A DNA stretch of 64,000 bases from Takakia lepidozioides (lineage: Eukaryota > Plantae > Bryophyta): contig CM060732.1 of the NCBI GenBank assembly GCA_030704615.1, positions 71,920,001-71,984,000 of the forward strand, read 5' to 3'. Position 1 is the stretch's first letter. Each line of letters opens with the position of its first letter. The position numbers were made by a program, and so were the translations under genes. Below, one piece after another: positions 36,601-50,000 of this stretch. The notes under the pieces were generated by a model that was given only the letters and a program-made list of their open reading frames with translations, was not told where the DNA came from and made no database searches.

Positions 36601-39600
36601 ATTTGACATGGGGCGCCCAGCTCGCTGACGAGGCTGCCGGAGCGGGGTCCCCGGCTGTACCTTGCGGGCCGTACCCGTCAGCTCACACGCTTGCACTAAA
36701 ATCAAGTCACATCCGCCTGCTAACACCTCCTCGGACACATTGCGCACATCTTTTGGTCTTCAAGGATTTTTCGATTTCCCCACCTGTCTTATTCAGTCTT
36801 TTCAAGTACAGTATTTGAGATGATACAAGCGTATTATAGAGAGCGTGCCAGGAGATCACGAGGATCTGAGGGTATTTGAAATCTTTAACTAGCACACATA
36901 ATTGGACCAAAACCATGGCCGAGTGAGGCGATGATGGATCAATGGCGGGACAGCCCCAGGGTTTCTTTTTTTTTTCTGTTGGAAAGTGCGAGGTGTTCTA
37001 ATCAAACCCACTTAGGGTGTCATCACACCATTCTATACAGCGATGGGTAACAATTTTAGGCTTAGGGAATTGCCCTGATCAAACCCATAACCAAAGGCGT
37101 TAAGATTCCAGGACCGATGCAGTACTGAACAAAGTGATTTTGTCAATAAAGTGGGAGTTGAACAAAAAGAAGACATTTGTTTGCTTTCATTCTAACTTGA
37201 AAGGCTGCACCTGGGTTCCAACCAGAAAGTATAATTTTGCGTTCCTCTGAAGGAGTACCAGGTTTTTCCAATGTGGTTATGTAACTAAGGATCTCCTAAG
37301 TAGATCTATTCCACAGGACCCACTGCCAACACTTAACAATCGCAACAAGTTTCTTCCTCCAAATGGTTGTCTGTCTTAGTGGAAGTCAGTGAGCATGAAC
37401 CAGAAAGTAGTTGTTGATGGGATTAATTATAATGTCGACAATGACAATCATACTTGAAACGAAGTGGATAAAGCAGGGGGTTTATCAAGTTGAGCTCAAG
37501 CTGCAGCTTCCGGAAGCTCTGGCCATCCACCAGTCTTCGAAACTGGCAGGGTTTCGACAATGCTTTTTATACAGACAATGATGCATCCGGGTGCAAGGTA
37601 CCAAGGGGTAAACTGTTGCTCACCTAGGTATCAGAGTGGTATGTCGATTGTCAGCCTTTTGGTTTTGATTTGACCTCAAGCAGACCAATTTGAGCCCAAC
37701 ATGGGCTATGTTAGCAAGTGGATCTGGTATTAAAACTCAAAACCTCCACACAATGCCTGCTCTCCTGGTCCAAATTGGGGCAACGCCCATGTTTGGGCAC
37801 ATAGGGCACTTAACTTCACCCCTCAAAGATGCTTGAAATCTTGTGCTAGTGGCAGTTATGTTTGAACGGTTGTTACCTGAGGAAGATGAGATGGAGCTTT
37901 ACCACAAAGAATTCTCCTTGTTGTTGACAAGTCAAGGGAGAGCTATGTATGTTATCGGAATCCCAGAAAGTGGCGTGCACTTTTTGTTGATTCACAGCCC
38001 TCCAGCATTCTCCCGTGACCCTTGTTATAAAGGTTCCCTTCGGCCTTCAAGTGGCAAGCCCTGCCTTCAGTCAGTCTTGCAGCTCATATTCCATTCAAGA
38101 TCAGAATTAGCCTCAGTGCTGGCGTTCCCAGCCAGATGAAAAGGGCCCCCTTGGAACCTCATTCTTTGCGTGAACATAGTCCTTGAATATAAAGTTTTGT
38201 TCCCCCTGCAAGAATTTACACAGGCATAGTGTGCTCTGGATGTGGTTGAGAACATGCTTGCCTCCACGGTTGCTGCTTGAGCTTGTCAAGCGTTGATGCA
38301 CACCTGCACTGTCTGTCCAGTTTACGATCTCTGCGCTCTTCTCTCAAGTCTCTGGCCATGTTGGTGATCCACTGTAAATATGCTGTGGCAAGAGCAGGTG
38401 TGTATCTGTGATGGGTGACAGTACATGATTATTTACGATTCTCATGATTGTCCTCCAATAATCTCATCTGTTGAGAGATTGTAGGAAGTGATTCTGAGAG
38501 CAAGAGTGAGCTTTGGTTTCTACAATGTGATGGGCATGCCAGTCCTCAAATGTCTTCGACATAAATCCAGAGCTGCACTGCTTGTCAGTGGGCATGAAGC
38601 CTAGCCTCCTCCTGGGAGAGAGAGAGATGACACAAATTGCTATGTTATGGCTCAAATCGCTGCATGATGAAAATAAGTAAGTTGAATGCCACAAGATGCC
38701 ATTTCTGAATAAAAGTGACAGCTGCAACACAACTTCATGCAATTGGAAGCAGTTGTAACTTTCGTCTCATGAAACTTGGATTATTGAAACTTGATGTTCG
38801 GCACTCCCTCCTCCGGTAAAGTTCTAGCCACATGCAAGCTAGTGGGCCAAAAGTGAAATACTGCAATCAATGTCCTGCTTTCTAGCATGTAGGCAAATCC
38901 AGCTATGACATCAATTTGATTAAGAAGTGCACCACCTAAAAGAACAGTGGCTAAGCATGGTTGTAATAACTATCATCTGCAAGATCCACTGGATGCTAGA
39001 TAACCCTACAGAAGAATTAAGCATGTGGTTGTCACAATCTCTACTGTCCAACAAGGTTATACGCTCTCCCTTGACTCGGCCAACATTGAAGAAGGCAATG
39101 AAAACTCTTCTTCAGGAAGCTCAATCTCATCTCCATCAGGTTTCTGCCAAACAACACGACGGACCCTTAAATTTCTCTATTGGACATTCCCTATAGGACA
39201 AAAGATTCAAGAAAGCATTGGAATCCCTCTCTCCAGGGGTTTTGATGGCCTCTACATGGACTGACTGCCTACAGTATTCTCCCTAAAAGGGGTTCAGGGC
39301 CGAATAGTACAGACCAAACGTATGGCTGTCAACAGCTGAGAATTCCTTTCTGTATCTAAGTCTTGCAGCATAAGAAGAGTAACTGAGAGGTGAATGCTAA
39401 GAGGTGTTGGTTGGAAAATTGCCCCAGGCATCCAAAAAGCACATATGGCATACGGACTAGGATAAAAGCAAAGAGGGCACCTAGGTTCAGAACCGGGTTC
39501 TAGCTGCTAATGCATCCAGCTTGGGCAGGATTGATTTGCACGTGGATTCCGTTGCCAACGGGCTGACTATCACATTCCAAAAATCAGTTTACCTAGTGGC

Positions 39601-42026
39601 ACCTTGTACTTGGGTTGGCTGCAAAGCAGTAAGCAGACTTGCAGAGTTTGTTGCCACAGTGGCACAGTGGCCTTAAAAGACTTCATACCAGGGTACTGTA
39701 GCAGCTATTGTGGCATTGTTGGAAGGTGTGGAGAACATGACCTACCTGTCAAAGACAGGAAGGGAAGCTAGCTGTCAGAACTATGGTGACCAAAAAGTAT
39801 ACCAGGAGATCCAGGTTGAAAAAACGGTCTAGAAGCTGCAGAACCTCCTCAGGTGTGAATCTCTGCTTCAGTCTGCACCCCACCAGAGCATATATTCAGG
39901 TCACACCAAAATTCTAGCAAAGCTGTCCAACACAAAAGGAAAGAGACAGGAAATTATCAACCAGGTGGAGCCCATGTGGTTTGCCACCATGGAATAAAGA
40001 GCATTGTGTCTCCCCCCCTGGATGGTCATTGTACACCTGCCCAGAGGTGTGAAGTCTCTTGCTCTTATGTGGTACCGTACCCTAGTGCCAGGGGATGACA
40101 TCGCCTCTTTGAGGCTACCCATAATCTAGCAAGGATCTCAGATGACCCACTGCTGCTTTAAAAAATGGACCCACCTAGATGGACAGAGGCCAACTGACAA
40201 AGCGACTTGACAATTGAATGAGGGTCTAGCCAAAGATCAATGAGCAGAATCACTGGCAACAGTGGAGGATTTTAGGCTGCTGACCTTCTCTCCAGGTGAT
40301 CCATGAGGCCAAAGAGGATGAAATGACGGTGCATGCCTGCCACACCCATGCTCTTCAGGCATCGTACTTCATCACAAACAAAAACTCCCTAAACTTCATG
40401 TGTCTGGTACTGTCTAGTGTCTGGCTCATCAATAACCAAAAATCAGTGAGCATGAAAGAAAAGCTATTCTATGAATCAAACATCGTCAATTTCCATGGCA
40501 CTGAGACGAAGGCAGCAATGTGTACCTGCCAGTTTGGAAGGTCGATAGATTGCCAGAGCTTCCAGAAGCCGCAGCTCAAGCTCAACTTGTTGCACCCCCT
40601 ATATCCACCCCCTTCTTATTTTCAATTGTGTGCCTATCTACTGGATCCAGATAAACTCATTAGAAAATCCAGGTATTCTTTCTGCGAAAAGGAGGTGGAA
40701 CAAGAATTTTAACCATGATACTTGAAGAGCTACAAGCTTTATCGAGACCTCCCTGACGTGATTGATGTAATGGAGGAGGCTTGCGACCTAGTGCCAGGGC
40801 ATACATGCGGCCTATATCAGAAAGTGACTTATAGCAGCCCAGAAGTAAGGGTTATGTTCTCACTATACCTCATCGTTATAAAAATGCCCAGAAGCACCGA
40901 TCACATTCAACTCTAGGTATGGAGGCATTGTCCCCAAGGAAGGTCACCATGGAAAGTTAGATCCCCCTGGACAAATTTCACAATCTCTAACATGGTACCA
41001 TCAGACATTGCAAGGAAGTCCCCCTTTCCATGCCATTAGATCTTCCCTAACAAATGCTTTCATTAAATGAGAGCCTGGGTCCTCGACTCTTAACGCCCTG
41101 GGATCATGCACTTTCACCTACAATCATCGCGCATGGCTGTGATATACAAGGGTCCAATAAAACCCTACAAATACCATACATAATTGAGGGTCTGGTTACG
41201 AGATACAGCAGTGGAGGTCAGGCAAGAACGGGGCAGCACCTTAAAAGCAGAAGAAGCAGAAGAAGGGGGAGCGCCCCCGGGTGCGGGCCTGTGCGAGGAG
41301 CTAGCGGGAGCTCCATCCGCGGCGTCTGCTATGCCTCCTTGCTGTGGCGTACTCTCTGCCATCTCACTCAATCACCTGAGTTGGGCATAAATCGGTTGAT
41401 TTCAGTGCGAGAGCAAGAATTTCAAAATCTTGAAATCCTCATTGGGAGTGAATTTCCAACATCCCGGAAGAGCCTCGGAATGGGAGACTTAAGGGCAACA
41501 AGACAAACCCATTTTAAACCAGTCAACCATCACGAGGAGCTGGGTAATGCTCACACCCAAGAATCCCATCCAAAGAACCCAATTCTACGCCTTCAGTACC
41601 ATAGGGAAGTGCACAAAATGCTCAGACGTGTTAACTTCTTTGCTCTACAAAAACTTCAGCGCAGACACACGATCATCCAAGCACAACAGGACCTCCTAGA
41701 GTCATTCACTCTCTGTTCATCAATCCATGCGTAAACATCCAGTGAAGAAAATGCGAGCCCAAGACTCAACAATGTTGCTTTATTTTAGCTTTGTTTGGGA
41801 CACCGACACATGCCAGCCAAAGTGGTAGAGCTCGACTACACTAATCAACCTCTTCCTTCTTTCTTCGACTGTCACACGTTGCTAAGGTATGCGCGCCGAA
41901 GCATTGTATTCTCCCTGCGAAGGAGACAAACGGTGGAAACATCTGCATTTCACGTCCGGGGAGAGGGAACTACGAGATAAGTATGTTGGCTTTGACTTCA
42001 AATAGTCTACAAGTGCGAGACCCACG

Positions 42027-45000
42027 TCACTCGATCTTTCCGTGAACATAATCGTTGAAGATGAAGTTGCTTTCTCCTTGTTTCAATGCATATGCCAAGA
42101 AGGCGTTGATTGCTGCTCCAGCGCCCATAAGCAACCGCAGAGGCGGGGCAGCCGGCACTCCAGCGCATGCCGCTAGAGCCATGACCACGGCATGGCCGAT
42201 GAACACTTTTTGCCAAAAACGGAACCCCTCTAGTGCTTTCCTGCAGGACGCACACTTAGCGGTGTGCGTGTCGAGCCGATCCAACATCTACAACAATCGC
42301 AACAAGTCTGAATCAGCAAGCTTTTCTCAAACCAGAATCAAGCGAGAAGGAATATGTTCATGGCACCAAGAGGAAGGACCTATGTGTATGTAAAACTGAC
42401 AGATTGGTTGGGTGCACGATTACTGTAGAGAGGTTCTAAAGTCAAGATGGGTTCCAAATTAGCACCTCACGCCTGCTCATGGTGGCGGGTCCATGAAGAT
42501 TTCCAAAATAACTGCCGCTTGCCCAATCAACTTTGCCACCACCATAGCGGCGAAGCCAATTGCGGAATGCAAGCACAAAGCGATCGGAGGAAGTGGGCGT
42601 GAATGTGATTTTGGAGTATTGGTCGTTCACAACTTCAACTCCCTTTTTCAGAAATGCCTTTTGTTGGCCCATGAGCAGTATCATATCCCCATCCAAGACA
42701 TTGTTTTGTAGCCAGTGCTCCAACCACCGCGGAAACAACTGCAAAAGTCCCACAACGGTTTCCTGGATGAATTTCTTTTGTGGAACCCACCATGGTTTAG
42801 CTCCATATCTCTTAAACTAGTAACCAAGCAGAAGCTAGTATCAGGCAAGCTTAGTAACATTCTGGGGCGTTGAAGGAACCAGCTCAGGAACACACCTTCC
42901 TCCAAATGGCAGCTATAACTCGTCGGTTAGATGAAGGCTTGCGGCACACATTCACAATTGCACGAACTACCCCGGGAGCCACAGGAACTTGGAATGTACA
43001 AATGTTTTGCTCAACCCGCCAAGCCCCATAAAATGGCAGCTTCAACAAGATTTCAAACCTGCAAGATTCACATGCACGTATTTGTCAAAAAAATGTACTC
43101 CGCTAATGTATTGCCACAGTTCAGCCCACTGCAGACTGGTAAAGCAACCAACAACGTGCTCAACTTAGCTTCATTGAAGGTCACTTGAAGAGAAGAATAA
43201 AATGAAGGGATGGCTCTCACTTGTTAACGGTGAAGCAAGGCGCGTGAAAGGCAAGCTCGAGCCTTGGCGTTAGTGGCTCATTGGTGCCAGAAAAGCCCCA
43301 CGGCCCAACTGATGTCTCTAACTTGAGAGGTATCGGCGCTGCGTCTTCCCTCCTTCCTACAACCTGATCAACACGCGCAGCTGATCTGAGTACTTAAGCG
43401 ATCCCATATGTAATCATCTAAAACGATTCTCTATTGACACCGGCATTGACACTAAACATATTCGGATGTTCTACTGATTATTATAGTTTGAGCTCTTGTA
43501 GATTGATTATATACTGTCCGACTAGAAGAATACTATGGCCACATACGAAACTCTATCCGTAGTCGTGTACAACAGATCTACATCATTCACTGTAGCGTTA
43601 CTATCGTGCCGCAACGTCCTCCCCGGATCCTCGCGGCGCGAGGGAGGCCCAGTTCTTTTACCTTTCGAGCGTAGATTCTAGATCTGTGAGCATGCACAGG
43701 TAATCTGGCTTCTTTTAGCAAAAGCATTTGGTGCGTTGGAATGATTCGTACTTGGCATCCCAACACATGCTTCGGCCAGTGCGAGCTCAAATGGCCTCTG
43801 AAAATATATGTATATCGTTATCCAGTATGTACATAATTGGGTCAGTGTTGCGCAATCAGAGTGCAGGTCTGACAAGGTAGGGCCTTATGAGAGTAGAGAG
43901 TAGAGACCTTGTGATGTGAGAACGGGAGGTGGGAGGGGTCTGTCATATTCTCCATGCTCACGGTATAATCGTAATACACCTCCCGCATAGTTGTCAGACG
44001 GATATTGTCTGGGTCATCAAACTCCGCAGGCAACCTGCACCCCAGCCCGCCGTTCTCCAGGGTTAACAAATTTTGGATCTCATAATTTGAAAGCATAAGA
44101 TGCATTCGTGATCTTGAAAGCTTTCATGAAGTCTGCTCTGCGTAGATCATAGAAAACAAATTACAAGGCCCCACAGTAACATGGGAGAAACGAACAGAGT
44201 TCAACACTGGAAAATGCACGACCTTTGAAACATAATATCGAATTAATTTGCACTGGAAGAGGTAGATTTACTTTTGGGGCTCGGTAGCAGCTGCCATATC
44301 CCAGCCATGCTCATCAGGCCACACAAACAGCAGGCCCTGCGACTCTTGTGTGGGGAAGGACACAGCACAGGCACGTGGGGAGAACTGTGCGCTGGCCTCA
44401 GGCCCCTTGGACGATGCTTGCGGAATAGCGCCACAGCCGCCATCACCTTTGAACGCCCACCCGTGGTATGCACACTGCAGCTGCCCTTTCTCATCCAACC
44501 TTCCTTCCTGTCCACCCCAAAAGACCTCGTCACGCCAAAGCTACATAACCCTTAAGCACTGTCCCCACTTGTGGGCCTTCATCGGCCCTGGAGTAATCTT
44601 GAACGAAGATTGACTACTGCTGGCTCTCAAGTGAGTCGAAGATCTAACTATAGAGCTTGTGGAGCTTTGTATGGTTTTGTGAGCTAGCAGATTTCTAGTT
44701 GGTCATTAAGCGATTGGGCGCTCGAGGTAATGTAGATCACAGATCTGGTAGCACGTGTACGACAACGTTTCTCTCTAGAGGTATGTCTACATTCGAACGA
44801 GTTTCAAGGCTCGAAGTTATACGAGGATAGATCTAATCAAGTCAATCAGAAGCATTCAGTACAGAGTGCAGCCCGTCAGGTACTAATCTTTCATGTTCAA
44901 GTAACCAATTTAACATTTCAAGGAAGTGAGGGATTATACGAACAAAAGCATTCAAGTTACAACGCAAGTAATCCAGAAGTACTTTAAGCACGCGTAACTT

Positions 45001-45665
45001 ACAGACAAAGGAGCGAGTCTGTGCGGGCACTCATCAAGAAATGCTCGCCATATTTTGTCTGCATCCCGCCAGAGCACGAGCTCTCGGCCCAGCAGCTTAA
45101 CAGCGGTCGGCAAACTAGGATCCAGGTCCTCCACAGGAGACACTGGATACCAATTGTTTTTCCACACAAATGGCTTCCCGCTCGGCTCCTCCCCGACTTC
45201 CAGAGGCCTGTTGTCATACGTACCCAAAGTGGATGTCACCTCTACAAACATAGTGGGACTTGGGGCAGGGATGGAAGGAGTAATGGTAGCCAGAATCGTG
45301 CCAGCATTTCTATGGACTCCGTCCCTTGTTGAATTTGCCTTCCAAGCTCGCAACTCCTCATGCCCATGACCCTTCACATAAGCAGCAGACGCAGATTTCA
45401 AGGATCGGATCCTCTTAGACTCTCCAACTCTGAGATTCTTTTTGTCCACGGATCCATAGACTTGAACAGAAGTAGTCACATGGACAGATCTACTTGAATT
45501 CCTCCTTGGTCGCCCACCGGCTTTCACCGAAACCGATGTTGCAAGGGTCTCGCAGCCAGAGCCATGTGTTCGCAGAATGCAATTACTGAGTGGCGTTGGC
45601 GCTGTAGACTGGGACGTTACTCGCACTCCAGAGGATACTAGAGCAACCGATGTTGCAGCTGCCAT
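42027..45665 (-). CDS. PAO: Pheophorbide a oxygenase-like chloroplast Rieske oxygenase; exons 45665-45003, 44507-44272, 44034-43908, 43363-43221, 43058-42896, 42816-42466, 42287-42027
   Basis: Ser/Ala-rich transit peptide, WYPVSPVEDLD, Rieske CPHRLAPLSEG...CAYHGW, iron site ENMTDPSHLPFSHH, FTPTSSDRFVLAFRNWLRR, MLDRLDTHTAKCASC; splice phases consistent. Could be a paralogue rather than the orthologue. Confidence 0.9.
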
Positions 45666-46930
45666 TGCAATGCTTCCAATCACTACCAACACAAACACAG
45701 AATTCTGTCTTCCGTCTTCGTCAGAAACAAGAGCAGAACGCAACTGGGATTCTCCGACAAGAGCGTGCAATGTAGGAGCAGGTTGACGCTGTCCAGAAGC
45801 AGCCTCTGAGACACGAGCAGAATGTGTGCAGAAGGGAGGCGCACTGAGAGTTAAGCATGCTGACACCACACTGCGGCTATATACTCTCCGCTCCTTGCCC
45901 AACAGCTCGCACCCACCAGTCCCTACCTGTCCGAGGCCTCAGGAATCCGTCCAAGTTCCAGTCAACAACAAAGACGCAGTTGATCTGCTGGTCACCTTTC
46001 CGTTACCCAGTCAGAAAAATAACATTTAATAAATTGTAAAATCGTCATCACCTCCGGGGGGGTAGCAGGATGAATCATTCATGCATCCATCCCACCGACT
46101 GGCAATGTGTCCCTTGCTGGATGACAAATGTCTCTTCCATTGACGACGTCTGATATTTTATACGTTGTCGGAAGGAAAAGACAGAAATATTCGAATACAC
46201 AGTAGAGGCGGTAAGGCCATCGCTTTGTACATACGACAGCGACGTATGCGGAGAGTATTCCCACGTGATATGACCGAAAGGCCGCCCACGGGCTTGCCTT
46301 GGATCTTTCCTGTTGGATGATTCTCGTCTAATCTGGATGATAGTCCCCAAAAATCGGTCTCAGCTTAGGATTGCGAAACCAGGTAGGATGAAGCTTGCAC
46401 TAGTAAGTTTTTACTGTGTACCAAGAGTGAGTTCTGAGGAAGGGTGGGGGAGTAGTGACATCAGAGCAAAGGGGAGCAGAGTGAGGTCCGTAGTACTGGC
46501 AGGCGCTATGGCAGCTGCCTTGCCCGGTCCAACTATTATTTGTGCCTGTTGCAGGCATGGCTGATTTTTGCACCTGTCACAAGGCATTTGAACAGGCAAA
46601 AAAAGGCAAAAACAAATGAGCCTGTCAAAAGAAAGGCAATGAGAAAAAAATGCCTGTCACAGTGAAAGTTAAAAAAAAAATAGCCTCTCAAAAGAAAGGC
46701 AGAAATTTCTGATAATTAGGGGTAATTTGATTACTAAGTCCACCTAGCTCACAAAGCCTGAAAGCTACAAATGAATAGAAAATCTGCAGAGATTACTGAT
46801 AGTTATTAGCAATTTTATTAGTAAGTCCACCTAGAGGCTAGGAGAGGCTAAAAAAAAGTACAAATTTTTAGTAGTTTTTGTTAATCTTACTAGTAAGTCC
46901 ACCTAGGGGAGCCTCACCGAGCACTGCCAG

Positions 46931-47187
46931 CAGTGTTTTTTAGGAATTTTGGAAAACAGCAGTTTTGCAGAAAATAGCAGTACATTCTGTTCATCCACTG
47001 AAATCATCCACTTCTGTACCATAATCCATATATTTCATCCATATTTGGCAAATGCATCCATAATTTATTCTTATTTGGAGAAATTTGGCAATTTCATCCA
47101 TGAAAAACATGGGACTTTCGACAGAATATCCCTTCTTCTTTTTTGAGGTCGAAATCTGGCGAAAATTTGCCTATAAAAAAAACGCTG
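46931..47187. mobile_element. hAT-type MITE with 8-bp TSD
   Basis: Imperfect TIRs CAGTGTTTTTTAGG / CCTATAAAAAAAACGCTG; identical ACTGCCAG at 46923-46930 and 47188-47195. Confidence 0.85.
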
Positions 47188-49429
47188 ACTGCCAGCTGCC
47201 CTTCTTTGTGTTTCAAGCCTTAGCTTACTTAGGCTCTCCCTCTTTGTTTCCTGTGCATGCTCCAGCCTCCATTCTTAGTTTTTTTTTTTTTGAGACCGGG
47301 TGTTGAGTAGACAGATATTTGGAAATATTCATTCTGGATAATGTGGGCATGCACTTGCTTTCTTGTTTCTAGGTCTTTACTCTTGATACACCCTTGTAAA
47401 ATGCACAATTAAATACTGGAGTCTGGCGGCCAAAATGAATTTCTGGTTCAAATCGTGTAGTGCCTGTTTGACTTGTTCTCCCTTACACGGTGTACCCACA
47501 ACCACAGCAGTGCCAGAAAAATTCTTCTTGAGTCCCTCTCTTGATCCTGTTTCAAAAGCATTTGTTGTGGAGGAGGTGCCATATTCAAACCATTGCACCT
47601 AATTCGACACGGCCATCCTGCATGACTCAAAATCTTAACTTATAATCAACTGGCATATTGTATTCCTAGCTCATTGATAAGCCAAGAGAATATCTCACAA
47701 AGAAGAGAGGCTTGGGACTACGTATGAGAGGTTAAAAATGCTAAAGTCTTATAGTTAGAGAATTTTGTTTTTTTTTTAGTTCACACTTCTTTTCATTTTT
47801 CGTTTCAATTTCATATGACAAAATTGTGTGAAAGGTCAAAAATCTGTCAACCTGTCATTTGAAAGGCATTTTCTCAAAGTCGTATGTCACAGTGAAAGTC
47901 AAAAAACAATTTAACCTGTCACAAAAAAGGTAGGGCTACCTGTCAAAAAATAACATTGGTTGTAGGACAGTAAAGCCAGGGTTGTGGATGATTGGGTTTA
48001 GTGGATCATCTGTGTCCCCAGTACCTACCCAGTGTAAATTTGTCTGTAAGCTTGAAATGACCCCACTCTTTCTCCAAAAGTTAACCCTAACAAGACCAAC
48101 CAGCAGCTTCATCTTACCATCATTTGTTTTTTTTTTTTTTTCTTACTCTGGCCCATAAGGGCAGTCTGAGACCGTTAGGCTTTGCAATATGTTGAAGCTA
48201 ATGGAGAAAATCTTGTCAACTTCCCTTACATATTGGTCCAGAAACATTTCTGGTCTGTGTTATGTTGAGTCATGCCAATTAGGAAGTATTTGGAAGACAT
48301 GCTAGAAATTGAGCAATTTGTGCAGAGTAAAAAATAAGCCCCCCATCCAACAATGCAATAGTAACAAACAACTCTGATGAAGCAAATACCCCTTCCACGT
48401 AGTTTAACAGTACATGTAGCACACATACATAGGACTGTGGGGCACCTGGCCCAACTTGAGTAAAATCTGGAGAGGAAAATGAACCATAATTGAGGCCAAA
48501 CAATAGCTTTAGTGCGTGAATAGGTGCTGAGGAATTGATCCAAGCGAAAAGGTGAAAATAGTGGGCTGTGAGGATTAGAGGATGATTCAAGAATTAGAAG
48601 AGGAGGGAATGGAACGAGCAAAAGGGGCTTTGGGCAAGAAACAGAGTGCAAAAAAATAGGAAGGGAAGTGTAAGCAAGATTCAATTCATGAAGGGTGAAA
48701 GGTATCATGTTTTGTAACTGAATAGTAAAGCGGTAGGAAGAGCAGAGCTGACAAACCATTTGCTGTCGCATTTTTTGTGAGCTTTCCACCATGGATGAAG
48801 GATCATCCAACACCAGCAGTGAAGTCCTGGGAAAAAAACAGTTCCAAAATCCTCTTTCTTCTACAGATTTGTATGTTTTCCTGACTCCAACATTTATTTC
48901 TCTGTGCACCTCGATGTGTTTTATTGTTCTCTCCTTCTGTTTCTCTCCGTAATATAGTATCCAAAGATTTTAACATCTACCGTTGTTGTAAGGTACTAGC
49001 TTTGATAACACTTGGGGAAAAGGAGGGCAGTTGTGCTCAAGATCAACAGAATCAACGATTATCTAGAACGACCGCTTCCCGCCATGTTGGTAGCTCTTGT
49101 AGTGTAGCTCTCGTAGTACTAGATAGTCAGAAGAGCCTGAGGAATCTGATGTTAATGGGCGCCACAAGCGCTCTCTTAGGAAGGGCAAATCTAAGGCCCA
49201 TCTTTCTTTCTTTTCTTCTAGGCACTAGAACCGTGAACGCCAGCTTCTAGTCCTTCACAGCTCCATACCCTCGCTGCGGAATCTTCTTGTCCTTAGCTTC
49301 CTGCAGCTCTTCCTGTTTTTAGGTTGGGGCGGTGTCCCCGTGTCCCCTTTCTCATCCTCATGGTCTGTACTCCGAGGTTATTTTTTCCTCGCTTATTTCA
49401 ATACATTTCCCTGGCCCACAATACCCTCG

Positions 49430-50000
49430 TGGACATGTATGCCAATTAATGTGGGAGGCATTTCAGCAGATTCAGATACGTTTGTCTGTCTCTTGCTTAA
49501 GTGCATCAAGATGAAAGGTCTGGAAGCTGGAAAGTAGGTGCACACTCACATTATCCAAAGTAGATTCATGCCAAGGATGCGAAGGTAAAGAGGTCCATGG
49601 TGACATTGTCAAAGCTGGGATTGTACCAGATGTCATTCTGAACTCTGCCCTGGTGGACTTGTATGCCAAATATGGGTGCATTGAGGATGCAAAGCAAGGA
49701 ACTTATGTGTACTATGCGAAGGGGTGAAGCCCAACCACATTAACTTAGTTTGTGTTTGCAATGCGTGTGCAAGCTTGGGAGCCCTGGAAAAGGGGAAAGA
49801 GGTCCATGGTGACATCGTCAAAGCTAGAATTGTACCCGATGTTATTCTGAACAATGCTCTCGTGGACATGTATGCCAAATGTGGGAGCATCGAGGATGCG
49901 AAGGCAGTGTTCAACTATATCGCTGAATGAAATGTGGTGTCGTGGAACGCGATGCTTGCAGGGTATGCACAGCAAGGGCGTGGGATGGAGGCTTTGGAGA
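49430..50000 (+). pseudogene. PLS-class PPR gene fragment
   Basis: NACASLGALEKGKEVHGDIVKARIVPDVILNNALVDMYAKCGSIEDA, NVVSWNAM; stops and frameshifts; cut at 50001 by CACTA. Confidence 0.85.

Noticed and set aside
35137-36818. Gly/Pro/Arg-rich ORFs
   Set aside because: Products of GC-rich repeats and a G homopolymer, open in many frames on both strands; the G-run length may be an assembly artefact.
38700-41750. Decayed LINE (L1 ORF1/endonuclease) remnant
   Set aside because: Only faint hints such as GKGDFLAM near 41020 on the minus strand; no RT or clear endonuclease motif could be read.
48150-49330. Possible spliced gene remnant on the minus strand
   Set aside because: Exon-like pieces contain stops and no identifiable motif.
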